From: a virus
Direction: 5' to 3' (one strand)
DNA: 32,468 bases
Virus record (IMG/VR): IMGVR_UViG_3300045988_089817
Coordinates: 1 to 32,468 of that record
Shown here: piece after piece, positions 30,834 through 32,468 of the stretch
Numbering within the stretch: the stretch's first letter is position 1
Layout of the letters: each line of letters starts with the position of its first letter
The notes under the pieces: model-generated
What the model saw: only the letters and a program-made list of their open reading frames with translations
The model's database searches: none
Told to the model about the DNA's origin: nothing
Program-made: the position numbers and the translations under genes

Positions 30834-31415
30834 TTATTCCTCATCTTTCTTTTTAAATAATTTACTTAATATTTCACTTGCTTTATTAATAGACATATCT
30901 TCTAACTTTTCAAGGTTATTTACTTCTAATAATTTTATTAAGTTTTCACCTTGATAATATTTTTGTATAAGTTCTATTTGTTTAGGGCTTGCCTTTTTGT
31001 CTTCTTTTTCTTCTTTACTTTGAATATTAGTAGTATCACTATCTTTATTATCATCTATTCCAAATAAACCATTCAAAGCATATTTTCTAGCATAACTACT
31101 ACTTGCTCCAGTTATTTGACTTCCATCCATTCCTTTTTTTGTTTCTTCTTCTCTTGCATAAGCACTATTACTTATAGTTGCCTCACTTTCAGTATCAATA
31201 AGTGTTGCTGTTGCTTTTATATAGTATCTATTTCCTATATATTGAAGTTCATCACTTATTGTTAATACCACCTTTTCTTTTTTTAATAAAGGTTTTACTG
31301 CTTCTAATATGTCCTCACAACTTCTGTAAGCATATTTACCAAAATCATTGTATTGTCCTTTTGGTGCTTTTAATTCTTGTTGAATATTCATTAATTTAAT
31401 ATTTATTTCTTTCAT
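30834..31415 (-). CDS. ERF-family single-strand annealing protein
   Basis: FGKYAYRSCEDILEAVKPLLKKEKVVL and GASSSYARKYALNGLFGIDD match the ERF superfamily pattern. Confidence 0.75.
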   Translation of the reverse strand: MKEINIKLMNIQQELKAPKGQYNDFGKYAYRSCEDILEAVKPLLKKEKVVLTISDELQYIGNRYYIKATATLIDTESEATISNSAYAREEETKKGMDGSQITGASSSYARKYALNGLFGIDDNKDSDTTNIQSKEEKEDKKASPKQIELIQKYYQGENLIKLLEVNNLEKLEDMSINKASEILSKLFKKKDEE

Positions 31416-31445
31416 TTTCTTTGTTCTCCTTTCATTTACATATTA

Positions 31446-31474
31446 ATTATACATCTTATTTTAATTTTTGTCAA
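31446..31474 (-). promoter_or_regulatory. perfect consensus promoter (TTGACA-17-TATAAT) upstream of the recombination module
   Basis: On the minus strand, TTGACA is at 31474..31469, the spacer is 17 nt, and TATAAT is at 31451..31446. It is about 30 nt upstream of the ATG at 31415 (RBS AAAGGAGAA). Confidence 0.7.
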
Positions 31475-31489
31475 CTATATTTTACATTT

Positions 31490-31699
31490 TTATTTAAAAT
31501 CTTTTAATATTTCACTTAATTCTAGTAAATCATCTATAATCTTAAATTCATCTCCGACCTCAAACATATTATTTATCTTGTCTAATGCTTTACTGATTAT
31601 CTTTTTATAATTATCATTTCGACTTTTCAATATATAATTTTCGGTTCTTAACATTTCAATAAATTTTAAATCATCTTCCCACATTTCTTTATCTGTCAT
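31490..31699 (-). CDS. hypothetical acidic protein (69 aa)
   Basis: Track ORF, ATGA-coupled to the loader gene. Confidence 0.45.
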   Translation of the reverse strand: MTDKEMWEDDLKFIEMLRTENYILKSRNDNYKKIISKALDKINNMFEVGDEFKIIDDLLELSEILKDFK

Positions 31700-32468
31700 T
31701 AGAATAATACCTCCTCATTTCTTACTTTTTTTACTCTATAACTTTCTCCTTTTATTTCTATAACTGCTGTCGCCATTTCATTAATCCTATCTACTGTCTT
31801 ATCCATAAAGTTTCTATTTCTTACTAAATCTTTAATAGAATAGTTGCTGCTAAATATAGTAGGCTTTTCTTTGTTATATCTCTTGTTAATGATTTCAAAT
31901 ATCTTATCTTGGCTAAAGTTATCGCCACTATTTTTAGTTAGGCTTTCTGTTCCTAAGTCATCTATGAATAAGAAGTCTACATCTGCAATACTATTGATAA
32001 CATTATCATCTGTTTCAGTTGAATTAGAATTGTATGTATTTCTTATTGATTTTAAAATTTCATAGAAGTTAGTAAATAATACTGAATATTCCTTTTCCAT
32101 TAATTCGTTAGCCATACAGGCGGTTAATACAGTTTTACCTACACCAGAATTTCCATATAAATAAATACCATAACCTTTGTTTAATACTTCGCACGAAACA
32201 TCACAATATTTTTTACATCTGTTAAATGCTTCTGCAAAACTTCTATTTGTTAAATCTAAATCAGAAAATTTCACATTTTTATATCGTTTGTCCATTAGCG
32301 ACCTATCTTTTAATCTTTCTATTCTTAGTAATCTTTTTCTTCTTTCTTCTTCTTCTTTAAGTCTTTGTTGTTCTTCTTCATAACATTTGCAAACACATCT
32401 TCTAGCAACCAATTTATTTTGCCAATCATTGCCTACAAATAATTTCTTTTGATTGCATACAGCACAAT
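31699..32468 (-). CDS. DnaC/DnaI-like helicase loader, C-terminal (AAA+) segment; 5' part continues at 188..56 across the circular junction
   Basis: Walker A is YGNSGVGKT and Walker B is FLFIDDLG. The track start at 32412 is a TTG, but the frame is open to the window edge. Confidence 0.8.
   Translation of the reverse strand, partial: CAVCNQKKLFVGNDWQNKLVARRCVCKCYEEEQQRLKEEEERRKRLLRIERLKDRSLMDKRYKNVKFSDLDLTNRSFAEAFNRCKKYCDVSCEVLNKGYGIYLYGNSGVGKTVLTACMANELMEKEYSVLFTNFYEILKSIRNTYNSNSTETDDNVINSIADVDFLFIDDLGTESLTKNSGDNFSQDKIFEIINKRYNKEKPTIFSSNYSIKDLVRNRNFMDKTVDRINEMATAVIEIKGESYRVKKVRNEEVLF
32414..32468. repeat. 55-bp terminal direct repeat, copy 2
   Basis: It is identical to bases 1-55. Confidence 0.9.

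Noticed and set aside
4432-32383. All plus-strand ORFs in the track (for example 4432..4635, 4699..4962, 8213..8467, 9014..9205, 9392..9745, 11309..11557, 12527..12730, 13724..13981, 15573..15797, 20927..21208, 23614..24042, 25738..26043, 29035..29250, 31844..32065)
   Set aside because: Each lies antisense inside a well-supported minus-strand gene. None has a convincing SD, and all translate to low-complexity Ile/Phe/Leu/Ser-rich strings, as expected from the complement of AT-rich coding DNA.

Overview
The window is a complete phage genome assembled as a circle. Bases 1-55 are identical to 32414-32468, so the unique length is about 32,413 bp. It is a very AT-rich tailed phage of a low-GC Firmicute, Clostridium-like by gene content and codon style. 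Every credible gene is on the minus strand.

Order along the transcribed (minus) direction:
- Consensus early promoter at about 2773, then tiny early ORFs and RHH and AbrB-like regulators.
- DnaD-like replisome organizer with internal iterons, then a DnaC/DnaI-like loader that spans the window junction.
- ERF annealase and a PD-(D/E)xK nuclease, an HTH protein, a run of coupled mini-ORFs, and a sigma-70-family factor.
- Second promoter at about 26519, then a DUF4406 protein, an orphan type I-like methylase (M) plus half-size specificity (S) pair, and a DUF1064 protein.
- A 360-nt ORF-free structured region, then the packaging genes.
- A consensus promoter followed by an intrinsic terminator (18248-18141).
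- Portal, head, connector, tail and lysis genes, ending at a terminator (2861-2825).

I saw no integrase, repressor switch, tRNA or CRISPR.

Most notable observations:
1. The tape-measure gene is split by two ORF-less group I-like introns flanking a 22-nt micro-exon.
2. The large terminase gene is 'fractured'. It consists of an N-extein plus N-intein ORF, a free-standing HNH gene with its own perfect promoter and RBS, and a C-intein plus 17-aa C-extein ORF, all in three different frames.
3. There are five HNH-family nuclease genes in 32 kb.

All calls come from reading the sequence and remembered family motifs. No searches were run.
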